Notes: generated by a model from the letters alone, not told the origin. Shown: positions 28,265 through 37,894, counted from the first letter of the stretch. The stretch is DNA of 64,000 nt from Candidatus Bathyarchaeia archaeon (GCA_035935655.1 DASYWW010000062.1:270632-334631); one strand, 5' to 3'. Numbers and translations: made by a program.

Positions 28265-28489
28265 TCAGCTTCGCTGAGCGAAAAATTCTTTCGGATCTAT
28301 GACATGAACCCGTTTTCCCTTTCTCACCAGTTCTTCAGCCACCTTCTCATTGCTAGTGAAGAAGCAACCATCCCCTGTGAAGAACCTCAAGGTCCCGTGA
28401 GACGATTCGTTACAGACCATGAAGTTCGCCATTGACTTGTCATCATCAAGGTCTCCTCCACAAATAGGACACTTGAACTCAACCCACAT
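28265..28489 (-). CDS. hypothetical small zinc-finger protein
   Basis: ~74 aa from the internal ATG. It has a CPICGG motif plus downstream Cys/His. Confidence 0.45.
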   Translation of the reverse strand: MWVEFKCPICGGDLDDDKSMANFMVCNESSHGTLRFFTGDGCFFTSNEKVAEELVRKGKRVHVIDPKEFFAQRS

Positions 28490-28568
28490 GGATGCCCTTG
28501 CCTCTTTCGGGTGAGCTACCCTCACGCCTATAAGGAAAATCCTGATCGAAACTGCCTAGGTCTCAATC

Positions 28569-28997
28569 ATGCCAGATGAGAAGATCGTCATCAAGACAAA
28601 ACACGGCGAGCTGAGTCTCGAACAGCTAGCCGAGGCTCAACATGGAATGGCCCATTTGATGAAGGAGGTAGGTGAGAGACATCATGTTCTCTACTATGCT
28701 GCGAAAGCCTCCAACTGGAAACTGGCGCAATATCAGCTCAACCAGGTCATCGCTCTATTCAGAATAGGGGCTACCCTTAGGCCAAAGTTCACCGAAGACT
28801 TGAACAGCTTTGTCAAAACCCACTTTCATTCTATGAGTGAAGCTATTCGCGCGGAAGACTGGAGGAGATTTGAAGAGGCCTTCAAGAAAGCGATTCAGAG
28901 TAGCGATCAGTTCCACGAAAAATACGGATACGGTTTCATCCATTTTATTCTGCCGAAGAATCCACCAGAGATGTACGACCTGAACCCTCAGAAATAA
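28569..28997 (+). CDS. hypothetical helical protein
   Basis: 142-aa ORF with ATG start and protein-like composition. No motif recognised. Confidence 0.5.
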   Translation: MPDEKIVIKTKHGELSLEQLAEAQHGMAHLMKEVGERHHVLYYAAKASNWKLAQYQLNQVIALFRIGATLRPKFTEDLNSFVKTHFHSMSEAIRAEDWRRFEEAFKKAIQSSDQFHEKYGYGFIHFILPKNPPEMYDLNPQK

Positions 28998-29296
28998 TGT
29001 AACAGACGATTAGGATTCCGGGGACTCTCGATTAGCCGATCTTGCCTTTCTAGTAAAAGATACTATCCCGCTGCTACCGCTACATGAATAAGCCTAGTCC
29101 TAATTTCTCTTCTGACGCGTCTCCGCCTCAAGTTCCGTGTCTTCGAACGAAGGCTCATTTGTTTCGCGGTTCCTGACATCATCAGAAGGGCCTAATATAG
29201 CAAGCTGATACGTGGATATTTTGGTCTAAGTTTTTTCTGACGATTCCGAAAAAAGCATCGAACGATATTTCTTAGCTCAGTTCGGAGGAATCTAGC

Positions 29297-30619
29297 TCAT
29301 TGTAGGGCATTTTGGACCTCATCTATTGCTGATGATAGCTTGACAGTCTTCTCTTCGCCTGTTTTCATGTCCTTCATCCGTACGCTTCCTTCCTTGATCT
29401 CTCTAGGACCCAAGACGAGAGATATTCTTACTTTCAAGGAGTCAGCGTATTCCAGTTGTTTGCTGAGTGGGCGTTGTTTGAGGTCGTGGTCAGTTCTGAT
29501 GTTTTGGCCGCGGAGTCCTTGGGCGAGTCTTACGGCTTCGTTCCAAACGCTTTCGTTCACTGTGGCTACGAAGACCTGCGGGCCTTGTTGGACGTTAGGG
29601 AAGAGGTCTTTTCGCTCTAGAGACAGCATGAGTCGTTCGAAGCCCCCTGCGACTCCCGTCGCTGGCATGTCTCGCTTTCCATAGATCTTGCACAATTTGT
29701 CGAAACGTCCTCCTCCGAAGATCGCGCCCACATCCTCTCCCTCCTTGTCGTAGGCTTCGAAGACTGTTCCGTCGTAGTAGCTTATTCCACGGACTATTCC
29801 GAGGTCGATCTTGATCTTTGTCTTTTTTCCGAGGGATGCCACGCGGTTCACTGTTCCGGAGAGTTCTTTGAAGCCCTGGTGGGTCATCTCGCTTTTGGGC
29901 AGTTTGCTCTCCAGCTCCCCCAGGACTTCATCTGGGTTTCCGCCAATGTCGGCGAAGCCGAGGATTCGTTTGACCTTGTCTTTGGAGAGGCCGGCTCCGG
30001 TGAATTCTCGCTCTGCCTGTTCGGATCCTATTTTTCCCATCTTGTCGATTATCCTGATCAGTTGGTCGAGTTCATTCTGGGACTGTATTCCTAGACCGCG
30101 TAGGAAGCCTTCGACGAGTTTGCGGTTGCTGATCTTGATGATGTGCTCTTTGAGGCCCACTGACTCTAGGATGTCGGAGCCAAGAGAGATGATCTCTGCG
30201 TCGGCCGATGGGTCGGCAACTCCGTAGATCTCGGCATCCCATTGCGTGTGGTATCTGTATCGGGCGAATTGTGGTTCGTCGTAACGCCATACGCCGCCGA
30301 TGCATGAGATCTTGATCGGTTCAGGGAGGTCGAACCGGTTTGCGACCATTCGGGTCATGCCTACTGTGAGGTCGAATCGTAGTCCGAGGTTTCGTTCCGC
30401 TTTGTCTTTGAACCAGTAGATTTCGTCCCTGACTGCTTGGCCCGATTTTGCCTCGAGGGTTTCGAGGTTTTCTACAGGGCTGGGCTCGAGCATCTGGAAG
30501 CCATAGTTCCAGAGCACCTGCCGTATCTTGTCTGTTAGCCATATCCTGCGGGACATTTCCTCCGGGTCAATGTCCCTCATTCCCCGCGGAAGAGTGAATT
30601 GTGTCTCTGACAAGCTCAT
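29297..30619 (-). CDS. hisS: histidine--tRNA ligase
   Basis: Class II aaRS motifs: ..LPRGMRD.., motif 2 ..WRYDEPQFARYRYHTQWDAEIYG.., motif 3 ..GGGRFDKL... Confidence 0.9.
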   Translation of the reverse strand: MSLSETQFTLPRGMRDIDPEEMSRRIWLTDKIRQVLWNYGFQMLEPSPVENLETLEAKSGQAVRDEIYWFKDKAERNLGLRFDLTVGMTRMVANRFDLPEPIKISCIGGVWRYDEPQFARYRYHTQWDAEIYGVADPSADAEIISLGSDILESVGLKEHIIKISNRKLVEGFLRGLGIQSQNELDQLIRIIDKMGKIGSEQAEREFTGAGLSKDKVKRILGFADIGGNPDEVLGELESKLPKSEMTHQGFKELSGTVNRVASLGKKTKIKIDLGIVRGISYYDGTVFEAYDKEGEDVGAIFGGGRFDKLCKIYGKRDMPATGVAGGFERLMLSLERKDLFPNVQQGPQVFVATVNESVWNEAVRLAQGLRGQNIRTDHDLKQRPLSKQLEYADSLKVRISLVLGPREIKEGSVRMKDMKTGEEKTVKLSSAIDEVQNALQ

Positions 30620-30638
30620 GTCCCTCTCCGTCTCGGAG

Positions 30639-31160
30639 CTACTTTCCTTCGAAGCGTTCGGTATTCAATGTGTAATACACGATATCTGTACGCCTGTCGA
30701 TCACGGCGAGGACCAGATCCTTTCCGTCCTTGTTCGCTTTCGCAGAGAGCCTTGCGAGTTTTTCGAGTGTGGACTCTCCTCCCTCAAAGACAATTGATAC
30801 TTGTCTTCGGGTGGCTCCTTTTCCGAAGGTTTCGAAGTCGAAGCCTTCTTCGGATTCTCGAACCAGGTAGCCTCGGTCTCGCAGGTCTCGGTACACTAGA
30901 TACTTGGTCCATATTGTTGCTTTGCCAGTTGATAGTTTTGTGACAAGATTCTGGAGCGTTTTCTCCCTTCCTGTCTTTTCGTCTGTTACATGGGCTCGTC
31001 GTTTCTCGACGAGATAGAATGCTTCGTAGGGACTTAGGAAGAGCTTGTTGTCTGCTAGGGTTCCGAAGGCTTTCTCCCGGAGCTCCATGAGTTTCTCTGG
31101 TTCTTTCATGTAGACTTTGTTTTTGGAGAAGAAGGCTTCGAGAATTTCTAGCGTCATCAA
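30639..31160 (-). CDS. tRNA-splicing endonuclease family subunit, probably non-catalytic (structural)
   Basis: ..YLVYRDLRDRGYLVR..GFDFETFGKG..RRQVSIVF..KDLVLAVIDRRTDIVYY.. is collinear with M. jannaschii EndA ..YLVYKDLRTRGYIVK..GADFRLYERG..EHSVYLV..KLLIAVVDADGDIVYY... The catalytic Tyr aligns with Phe, the catalytic His with Gln, and Lys is retained. Confidence 0.75.
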   Translation of the reverse strand: MMTLEILEAFFSKNKVYMKEPEKLMELREKAFGTLADNKLFLSPYEAFYLVEKRRAHVTDEKTGREKTLQNLVTKLSTGKATIWTKYLVYRDLRDRGYLVRESEEGFDFETFGKGATRRQVSIVFEGGESTLEKLARLSAKANKDGKDLVLAVIDRRTDIVYYTLNTERFEGK

Positions 31161-31257
31161 TCATCGCACCAGATTATGATTTGAAACGGTCAAGGCTCGG
31201 GCAGGCGTCTATAAAGGCATGCGAACAACTAGGCTCGACACATCGGAGTTTTGAGAA

Positions 31258-32304
31258 ATGCCGGGAAAAGAACGAGACTCTCTTGAGCCCGTGAGATGGA
31301 AGAATGGAGTGCTGGAGGCCATTGATACTACGAAACTGCCGGCGAGGCTGGTGTATGTTCGGATGCGGACGGTGGACCAGGTCTGTTTGGCGATCCGTTC
31401 TATGAAAGTTAGAGGTGCGCCGTTGATCGGCGTTGTTGGCGCGTACGGTCTCGTGTTAGCCGCGATGGATCTCGGGGGCAAAGATCTGAAGCAGGCAAGG
31501 TCACTACTTCGCAAGTCCGCCGATGCTCTGATCTCTACGAGGCCTACGGGGGTGAATCTTCGCTGGGCTGTCGAGCGGACGTTCAAAGCGTCTTTGCGGG
31601 CTGACTCGGTCGCATCCCTTGGGGACGAGTTGAAGCGAGAGGCTGACGCGATTCTTCGCGAAGAGCTGGAGTCAGCTCGCAAGATCGGGCGTTTTGGCTC
31701 GGCCTTGATTGAAGATGGGGATACTGTGCTGACGCATTGCAATGCGGGGGCTCTAGCGACCGCGGGTTACGGTACGGCGTTGGCGGTGGTCCGGGCTGCG
31801 GTTGAGCAGGGGAAGAGGGTGTCGGTGATTGCGACGGAGACGCGGCCGTTGTTGCAGGGGGCGAGGTTGACTGCTTTCGAATTGGCGCGGGACGGGATCC
31901 CCGTCCGCGTCATCGCTGATAGTGCGGCTGCACAGTTGATGGCTCAGGGTGTGGTGGACAAGATTGTTGTGGGGGCTGATCGGATCTTGGGGACGGGGCA
32001 TGTTACTAACAAGATTGGGACGTTGCCGATTGCGTTGGGAGCGAAGTTCTATGGTGTTCCGTTCTATGTTGCGGCGCCTGTCTCAACGCTGGATCTCGTG
32101 ACGGATGTGTCTCAGGTGGTTATCGAGGAGAGGGATCAGCGAGAGGTATTGTTGATTGGGGGTAGGCGTTTTGCTCCGAGGAATGTTGGGGCTTTGAACC
32201 CGGCTTTCGACATCACTCCACCAGAGTTGGTTACAGGGATTGTGACGGATCGCGGCGTGGTCCATCAGCCGTTGGCGGAGAACATCCGGGCTATGTTTGG
32301 CTGA
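31258..32304 (+). CDS. mtnA: methylthioribose-1-phosphate isomerase / aIF-2B family
   Basis: ..AIRSMKVRGAPLIGVVGAYGL.. , ..THCNAGALAT.. , ..GADRI.. Confidence 0.8.
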   Translation: MPGKERDSLEPVRWKNGVLEAIDTTKLPARLVYVRMRTVDQVCLAIRSMKVRGAPLIGVVGAYGLVLAAMDLGGKDLKQARSLLRKSADALISTRPTGVNLRWAVERTFKASLRADSVASLGDELKREADAILREELESARKIGRFGSALIEDGDTVLTHCNAGALATAGYGTALAVVRAAVEQGKRVSVIATETRPLLQGARLTAFELARDGIPVRVIADSAAAQLMAQGVVDKIVVGADRILGTGHVTNKIGTLPIALGAKFYGVPFYVAAPVSTLDLVTDVSQVVIEERDQREVLLIGGRRFAPRNVGALNPAFDITPPELVTGIVTDRGVVHQPLAENIRAMFG

Positions 32305-32557
32305 TTATTAGTGGAGGGAATGGCGCGCGAGACTTGAGTAGGCCCGGGGGGGCCCTAGAAATCATTGATTCCGGTTTGAAAAACAGTTTGAAGAATCGAT
32401 CTCAAAACCGGTTTCAAAATATGACCAGAAAATTGGTATCAGAAAAGTGCGAGAAAAAATGCATGATTCGGAAAGGGGTCGAATCGAATAGATTCTTTTC
32501 TTCCGGGTTTTTTCACGGCTCGGAGTCGTATACCTTTTCTACTGAGAAATAGTAGGT

Positions 32558-33367
32558 TTAGGCGGATATTTCCCTAACTTCTCTTGTCTCTCTGGACTCT
32601 TTTTCCTTCTCCTTAGGCTCCTTCTTGATAACCGGGGTTACCACCTCCACGGGTACGTTTCCAGCAGATTCTATCCGGGCTTTCCAGTCGCTTCCAATGG
32701 ACACGAGGGCGTAGATTCCTATGACTTCCGCCTTGGCCTTCTGGATGATCTTCATCATCGCCCGCTGCGTTTCTCCACTGTCGATGATATCGTCGACGAT
32801 CAATACGCAGTCTGTCTTCTTGATCGCGTCCCTCGGAACAAACAAGCTCAATACGACAGCCGTCTTTGGAGGCACGAAAATTTCTTCGATAAACTCTCTC
32901 ACTCCAACTTCTCTCTGTTTCTTGGCGACAAGTAATCCGACGCCGAGTCGGTGTGCTAGGAGAGTTGCGAGCGGTATTCCGTCGACCGCTGCTGTCATGA
33001 TCTTCGTGACTCTTTTTCCGGCGAACTTGCCTACTGCGTGTTGGACGGCGCGTTCCATCAACATTGTGTCGCCGATGATCGCGGTGTTGTCAAAATATCC
33101 TCCTTCATCAAAATGAATTCTTTCTAGAAGTTCTTTGTCTAAACTCATGTATCTCTGGAGTGTTTTGTTGATCTCTTCTGCTCGTTCCGCGGTTGGTAAG
33201 ACGTGTCCTTTCACATACCGGCTTAGAACTGTTTCAGGGAGGTGAACCATCGCCGAGAGTTCTCTGTAGGTGAATCGCTGTTTGGCTAGGTTGAGCAGTT
33301 CGATCGTCATGAGTTTGTATTTGAGATCTAGAATGCGTGAAGTGTCCTTCATTTCTTGTATCGGCAT
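32558..33367 (-). CDS. HTH-domain plus phosphoribosyltransferase-domain protein (PyrE-like regulator type)
   Basis: N-terminal HTH (..FTYRELSAMVHLPETVLSRYVKG..) and PRPP-binding loop VLIVDDIIDSGET. The ATG at 33367 abuts the dcd stop. An alternative ATG lies at 33385. Confidence 0.7.
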   Translation of the reverse strand: MPIQEMKDTSRILDLKYKLMTIELLNLAKQRFTYRELSAMVHLPETVLSRYVKGHVLPTAERAEEINKTLQRYMSLDKELLERIHFDEGGYFDNTAIIGDTMLMERAVQHAVGKFAGKRVTKIMTAAVDGIPLATLLAHRLGVGLLVAKKQREVGVREFIEEIFVPPKTAVVLSLFVPRDAIKKTDCVLIVDDIIDSGETQRAMMKIIQKAKAEVIGIYALVSIGSDWKARIESAGNVPVEVVTPVIKKEPKEKEKESRETREVREISA

Positions 33368-33368
33368 C

Positions 33369-33857
33369 TTAGCCACTGCTACCATGTATAACGCTTTCCA
33401 TTTTTCGCGCGTGTGATTTTTTTCTGCGACGACTCGCGACCACTCCAGTACTATTCTGGTAGCGCCCAGCGTATTTCTTGATCGCGGGCTTTCCAAGTCT
33501 TAACAAAGAGAGCTGGATGAATCTCTCACCCTTTGCGAGATTGACAGCGCTGTCTCCAGAATTATAGAGACTGACAGTCAGCTGCCCGCGAAAACCAGGA
33601 TCGACCAAGGCAAGGCTCGCAAACAAACCTTCGCGCGCCAAAGACGAGCGAAGATGTAAAAATCCGACAATGCCGCTAGAAAGTTCGACCGTCTCGATGC
33701 TCGCCACTAGCGAATGTTGTTTTGGTCTGAGCCGGATCTTCCGATCAACACGCAGATCTACTCCGGCTGGATTCAGCCTGAATCCCGAAGGAAGGATTCT
33801 CAATTCTCCATTTTTGATCGCTGAAGAGATTTCTTTGTCCGAGAGTGCCATTGACAA
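33369..33857 (-). CDS. dcd: dCTP deaminase / dUTPase family
   Basis: ..LRSSLAREGL.. and ..VDPGFRGQLTVSLYN.. motifs. Confidence 0.8.
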   Translation of the reverse strand: MSMALSDKEISSAIKNGELRILPSGFRLNPAGVDLRVDRKIRLRPKQHSLVASIETVELSSGIVGFLHLRSSLAREGLFASLALVDPGFRGQLTVSLYNSGDSAVNLAKGERFIQLSLLRLGKPAIKKYAGRYQNSTGVVASRRRKKSHARKMESVIHGSSG

Positions 33858-33905
33858 GTCCCCTTCAACCAGCGCTCACTATTCAAAGCTTGAAGTGATA
33901 CTAGA

Positions 33906-34565
33906 TTGACTCAAAAATTGGCAGACGCAAATCTAGCCCAGAAAGAGGTTTGGACTAGGGGAATGAAACATCTCAAGAAAAACGACCTCGCACTCGCAAA
34001 AATCATCAAACGCTTAGGACCTTACGAGTTTCATCTAGACGACGATGACTACGAAGCGCTTGTGGGTTCGATAATTTTCCAGCAGTTGGCCGGAGCCGCA
34101 GCGCGGGCAATACTCAACCGCTTCAAACAAATCTATGATGGCAAGATTCCTCGGCCTCGCCAATACCTCGAGACCAAGGAGAGATATCTACGCGCTAGCG
34201 GATTGTCGCCGCAGAAGATCAGATACATCCGCGACCTATCCGAGAGAATCGAGAATGGCGTCCTAGACCTGAAACGATTGTCCGATCTTCCAAGCGACGA
34301 GGTCGTAAAAGAGCTCGACAAGGTAAAAGGGATCGGAAGATGGACGGCGGAAATGTTTCTCATCTTTGTCCTGGGACGAACAGACGTCCTGCCGGTCGAC
34401 GATCTTGGCTTGAGGAAGGCTGCTCAGAAAATCTACCGGCTGAGAAACCTACCAACAAGAGAAAAATTCGAACAGCTGTCGAAAAAATGGCATCCTTATT
34501 GTTCTATTGCCACCCTGTACCTCTGGAGAAGCCAGGAGAAACCGCAAGATCCAATAAAATGGTAG
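33906..34565 (+). CDS. HhH-GPD base-excision glycosylase (3-methyladenine DNA glycosylase II-like)
   Basis: HhH motif ..VKGIGRWTAEMFLIF.. followed by ..LPVDDLGLRKA... TTG start. Confidence 0.8.
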   Translation: MTQKLADANLAQKEVWTRGMKHLKKNDLALAKIIKRLGPYEFHLDDDDYEALVGSIIFQQLAGAAARAILNRFKQIYDGKIPRPRQYLETKERYLRASGLSPQKIRYIRDLSERIENGVLDLKRLSDLPSDEVVKELDKVKGIGRWTAEMFLIFVLGRTDVLPVDDLGLRKAAQKIYRLRNLPTREKFEQLSKKWHPYCSIATLYLWRSQEKPQDPIKW

Positions 34566-34604
34566 ATCGAGAAAAGTCCCGTTTCGCTGAACGGAGAAAT
34601 CACA

Positions 34605-35189
34605 TCACAACTCTCTGGCCATGATTAGCCCGTCGAAGTATTTTCCATCTCTGAAGACCTTGTCAGGAATCATGCCTGCTTGTTTGAAGCCTGCTTTCTC
34701 GTAAGCTCGTCGGGCCATCTTGTTCTCGGCCAGAAACTCTGCGTCAAGAGTCTTTAATCCTATTTTGCGGCTTTCTTGAACGAGAGTCTCAAGGATTCTG
34801 TGTCCTATGCCTTGTCCTCTGTATTTGCTGATCATAGTTAGCCCCAGGTGTCCATGGTGATGTGTGTCTTCGTATCTGCCACGTGTTACCTCACCATTTG
34901 CGATTATTCTCCCACTTATTTCAGCGATTACGCTAACGACGTCTCCTCTCTCTATTTCCATCAGGGTATGGGCCAGCCATTCCGCTTCTTCCTCTCGAGT
35001 CAACCTTCTGTCAAATCCTGCGTATAGTCCTGAATTCGAGTCGCCATGTTTCTCTTGCACCAGGTTATTGATGAACGAGAGAAGACTATCAAGGTCCTCC
35101 CAGCGAAGCACGCGCAGAGTTACGTTCGGTACGTTAGCAAGTTTGAACCGTTTGTGGACACGACCTACCTTTAGCGATGGACGAGACAA
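34605..35189 (-). CDS. GNAT family N-acetyltransferase
   Basis: Acetyl-CoA motif ..YRGQGIGHRILETL.. and ..NKMARRAYEKAGF... Confidence 0.8.
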   Translation of the reverse strand: MSRPSLKVGRVHKRFKLANVPNVTLRVLRWEDLDSLLSFINNLVQEKHGDSNSGLYAGFDRRLTREEEAEWLAHTLMEIERGDVVSVIAEISGRIIANGEVTRGRYEDTHHHGHLGLTMISKYRGQGIGHRILETLVQESRKIGLKTLDAEFLAENKMARRAYEKAGFKQAGMIPDKVFRDGKYFDGLIMAREL

Positions 35190-35202
35190 GTTTCTCGCCG
35201 AG

Positions 35203-35763
35203 TTACCAGACGATGCTGCAGCCGAAGGCTGTTGTCTCCGATACTCGAACGGGTCGATTTGCGAGAAGATCGTCGATCGCGTTTCTCAGGTCGCTGACTG
35301 TTACCCTTTCGGGGTTTCTTGAATCGTCTATGCGACCCTTGTAGCGCAGTCGCCGTTCCTCATCCAAGAGAAATACGTGAGGCGTGCAAACTGCCCCGTA
35401 AGCTCTTGCAACCGCCCTGTCGTCATCCTTGACATATGGAAAGTTGAAAGCTCTCTCCTCATTTCTTAAGACCATTTCTGCATATGTATCAGCGGGGGAC
35501 AGGTAGGAGTTGTTTGAGTTAAGAGCCAACAACTGCACGCTCTTCCCTGAGTAGTCTCTTTGGATCTTGAGCATCCTGTCCTGAGAAGCCTTTACGGTCG
35601 GGCATCCGTTTGAGACGAACAAGAGAACAAGTAGCTTCTTGTCTTGGAATGACGAAAGAGAATAACGTTCCCCGTCTACGCCGAGGAGATTTCCAAAGTC
35701 CGGAGCGCCTGCTCCGATTATGAATGTTTCACTTTTAGCTTGGGGAAGCTCCAACTTCAGCAC
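35203..35763 (-). CDS. thioredoxin-fold (AhpC/TSA-redoxin-like) protein
   Basis: ..LLVLLFVSNGCPTVKA.. , ..YPYVKDDDRAVARAYGAVCTPHVFL.. Confidence 0.7.
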   Translation of the reverse strand: MLKLELPQAKSETFIIGAGAPDFGNLLGVDGERYSLSSFQDKKLLVLLFVSNGCPTVKASQDRMLKIQRDYSGKSVQLLALNSNNSYLSPADTYAEMVLRNEERAFNFPYVKDDDRAVARAYGAVCTPHVFLLDEERRLRYKGRIDDSRNPERVTVSDLRNAIDDLLANRPVRVSETTAFGCSIVW

Positions 35764-35818
35764 TCGTCGTACTCATCGGCCGTAGGTAACGGTTGATGAG
35801 CGCTAACTCGGGGCTCTG

Positions 35819-36415
35819 TTAGAACTTGTCGGGGAAATGTTTCATCATGCCCTGCGAGATCGTGTCGGCGACGGCATTGATCTCGGTGAAGACATCGTCG
35901 AAAGCTACGACATCATCGTTCCATCTCTTGTCAAGTCGTGCCTCAACTTGCCTCTTCGTCAGGGTCAGATGCTGGTGGAGCAGGTCAAACATGTCGTCCT
36001 TGGCCCAATGAGGATTCGTCTGGCTAAGGAGGCCTGCAATTTCGTCAGCGTTCACAGTCCACTTACTATCTTGTGTTTCGAAATTCTTCTGGTCTCCAGC
36101 CTTTGCGAACTCGATAAGGTCAACGCCTAGGAGGACGTGTTTCCTCAGGAGCTCGGCGAGTTTTCTGCCTGTTCCCTCGCCATAGAATGGAATGAAAGAG
36201 TTGCCGATGCTATCAGGAGTCTTCAAGAGTCTCTCCTTTGCCGCGACCATATCGGGTGCATTCTCGAGTGCGGAGAGGGCATATTGGCGGGTCCAGATCG
36301 CGTGATCTGCCCAGAGCTTCCGCATGTTCGTCCTAAGTGAAAGTGTCGTCTCATTCATGGTTGTAGGCGAATAGAATATCTGTTTCTTTTTTAAGCTATC
36401 CCCCCTTTTGTTCAA
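35819..36415 (-). CDS. hypothetical helical-bundle protein
   Basis: 198-aa ORF, with a likely start at an internal Met (MNETT..). No family recognised with confidence. Confidence 0.5.
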   Translation of the reverse strand: MNKRGDSLKKKQIFYSPTTMNETTLSLRTNMRKLWADHAIWTRQYALSALENAPDMVAAKERLLKTPDSIGNSFIPFYGEGTGRKLAELLRKHVLLGVDLIEFAKAGDQKNFETQDSKWTVNADEIAGLLSQTNPHWAKDDMFDLLHQHLTLTKRQVEARLDKRWNDDVVAFDDVFTEINAVADTISQGMMKHFPDKF

Positions 36416-36470
36416 GCCGCCTTTTTCCCGGTAGTCATACTAACCGACGCCGCCTAGTCGGGAAATTGGT

Positions 36471-37187
36471 TTGAAAGCTCCTCCCAGTTCAGTAGGCCTG
36501 GAGACTAAACAGATTCCATTCGGTGCTGAGAGGCAGATCAGCATGACCTACGGTTCTCCTCCGAACAAAGACCCGTCAAACTCTACGACCCTAGTCCTTG
36601 CTCACGGCGCAGGAAAATCGATGAGTTCTCCCCTCATCACATTTTTTCATGTCGAGATGGCCCGCCGAGGTTTCCTCACCGTCAAATTCAATTTTCCGTA
36701 TATGGAAGCTAGATTTCGGTTGACTAGAACTCCCGACCCAAAGGAAGTCCTCGTTGCGTGCTATAGAAAGGTCCTCGACGAGGTCATGTCTAGTCACAGA
36801 CCAGAGAAGCTAGTCATAGGAGGACTGTCGATGGGAGCTGCTGTTGCATCCCATGTTGTAGCTGATAAACCGGGAAGAAGCGATGTCTGTGCACTCTACT
36901 ATCTCAGCTATCCCATTCACCGGCCTGGTAGACCAGAGGATCTTGGAGTCAAGCACCTCTCCCAGATTTCGAAACCGATGCTCTTCATATCTGGCACCAG
37001 AGACCCTTATGCGGAGCGAGATCAATTAGCGGATCTAGTTTCAAAACTTGGGCCAAACGCCAGGCTACACATTGTCGAGGGAGGAGATCACTCTCTCAAC
37101 CCTCGCAAGGGACGCGCGATATATTCCAAAAGGCTCGATCAGACCTCGAACGTTCTGGAAGAGTGGCTGAGAACTCAGCTCAACTAA
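36471..37187 (+). CDS. alpha/beta hydrolase (KANL3/Tex30-like), paralog of 22395..23102
   Basis: ..AHGAGKSM.., GGLSMGA, ..PMLFISGTRDPY.., ..GGDHSL are collinear with the other copy. Confidence 0.7.
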   Translation: MKAPPSSVGLETKQIPFGAERQISMTYGSPPNKDPSNSTTLVLAHGAGKSMSSPLITFFHVEMARRGFLTVKFNFPYMEARFRLTRTPDPKEVLVACYRKVLDEVMSSHRPEKLVIGGLSMGAAVASHVVADKPGRSDVCALYYLSYPIHRPGRPEDLGVKHLSQISKPMLFISGTRDPYAERDQLADLVSKLGPNARLHIVEGGDHSLNPRKGRAIYSKRLDQTSNVLEEWLRTQLN

Positions 37188-37327
37188 TTGCTCGAACCGT
37201 GATAGGCATCGAAAAACCGGGCGAATTCTTGACAATAAATTGTGTTGACGTTACCCGTAACTAGCGTTCAGGGTAAGCGTCATTGGAAATAGGCGAGTCA
37301 TCCGCCATCAACACTCAGTGGAAACGA

Positions 37328-37837
37328 ATGCCGAAAGCAGAACAGACCAGCTGGGTCTTCGCCAACGTCAAAGGAGGAGTAACACGTGTTATCGGTCAAC
37401 TGCGAAAGATCAAGAATGTTGAAACCGTCATACCTGTGACAGGCAGATTCGATCTCGTAATCAAACTGCGAACAAACGAACCTAACAAGACTTTCAATAT
37501 CGTCGAGAAGATCAGAAAGATCAGGGGGATTACATCTACTCAGGCAGGGATTTCCCTCCAGAGGATCTCCAACGCGAAAAAGGACGAGTCAGAGGATCCT
37601 ATCACTTTCGCCCTAGTAAAGGTGAGGGGAGCTTACAAGAACGTCCTGCAAAAGATCAAGACCTTCCCGAGCTTCGTCGAAGCCCACGTGATACCTGGAG
37701 AGTTCGACCTGTTCGCCGCATTCCACGGCTACAGTCCGGAAGAGCTCCTTGAAACATCCGTTGAGAAACTGGGCAGTATCAACGGAATAACAGCTATGGA
37801 GACTCTGGTCGCTTGGACACCTACATCGCCATATTAG
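37328..37837 (+). CDS. tandem Lrp/AsnC-type ligand-binding (RAM) domain protein without HTH
   Basis: Two repeats of the pattern ..V..(I/V)P(V/G)(T/E)G(R/E)FDL.. (VIPVTGRFDLVIKL and VIPGEFDLFAAF). The ATG at 37328 lies inside an ORF open from 37283. Confidence 0.55.
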   Translation: MPKAEQTSWVFANVKGGVTRVIGQLRKIKNVETVIPVTGRFDLVIKLRTNEPNKTFNIVEKIRKIRGITSTQAGISLQRISNAKKDESEDPITFALVKVRGAYKNVLQKIKTFPSFVEAHVIPGEFDLFAAFHGYSPEELLETSVEKLGSINGITAMETLVAWTPTSPY

Positions 37838-37894
37838 AGGGATAGATTCTACCCGACTCTCAGGCTTCTTCTTTTCCCATATTCCTCGTTGAGT

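Noticed and set aside
29000-29296. 300-nt spacer. On the minus strand a CTGATGA element suggested a C/D-box sRNA.
   Set aside because: No properly spaced D', C' and D boxes (CUGA) could be found.
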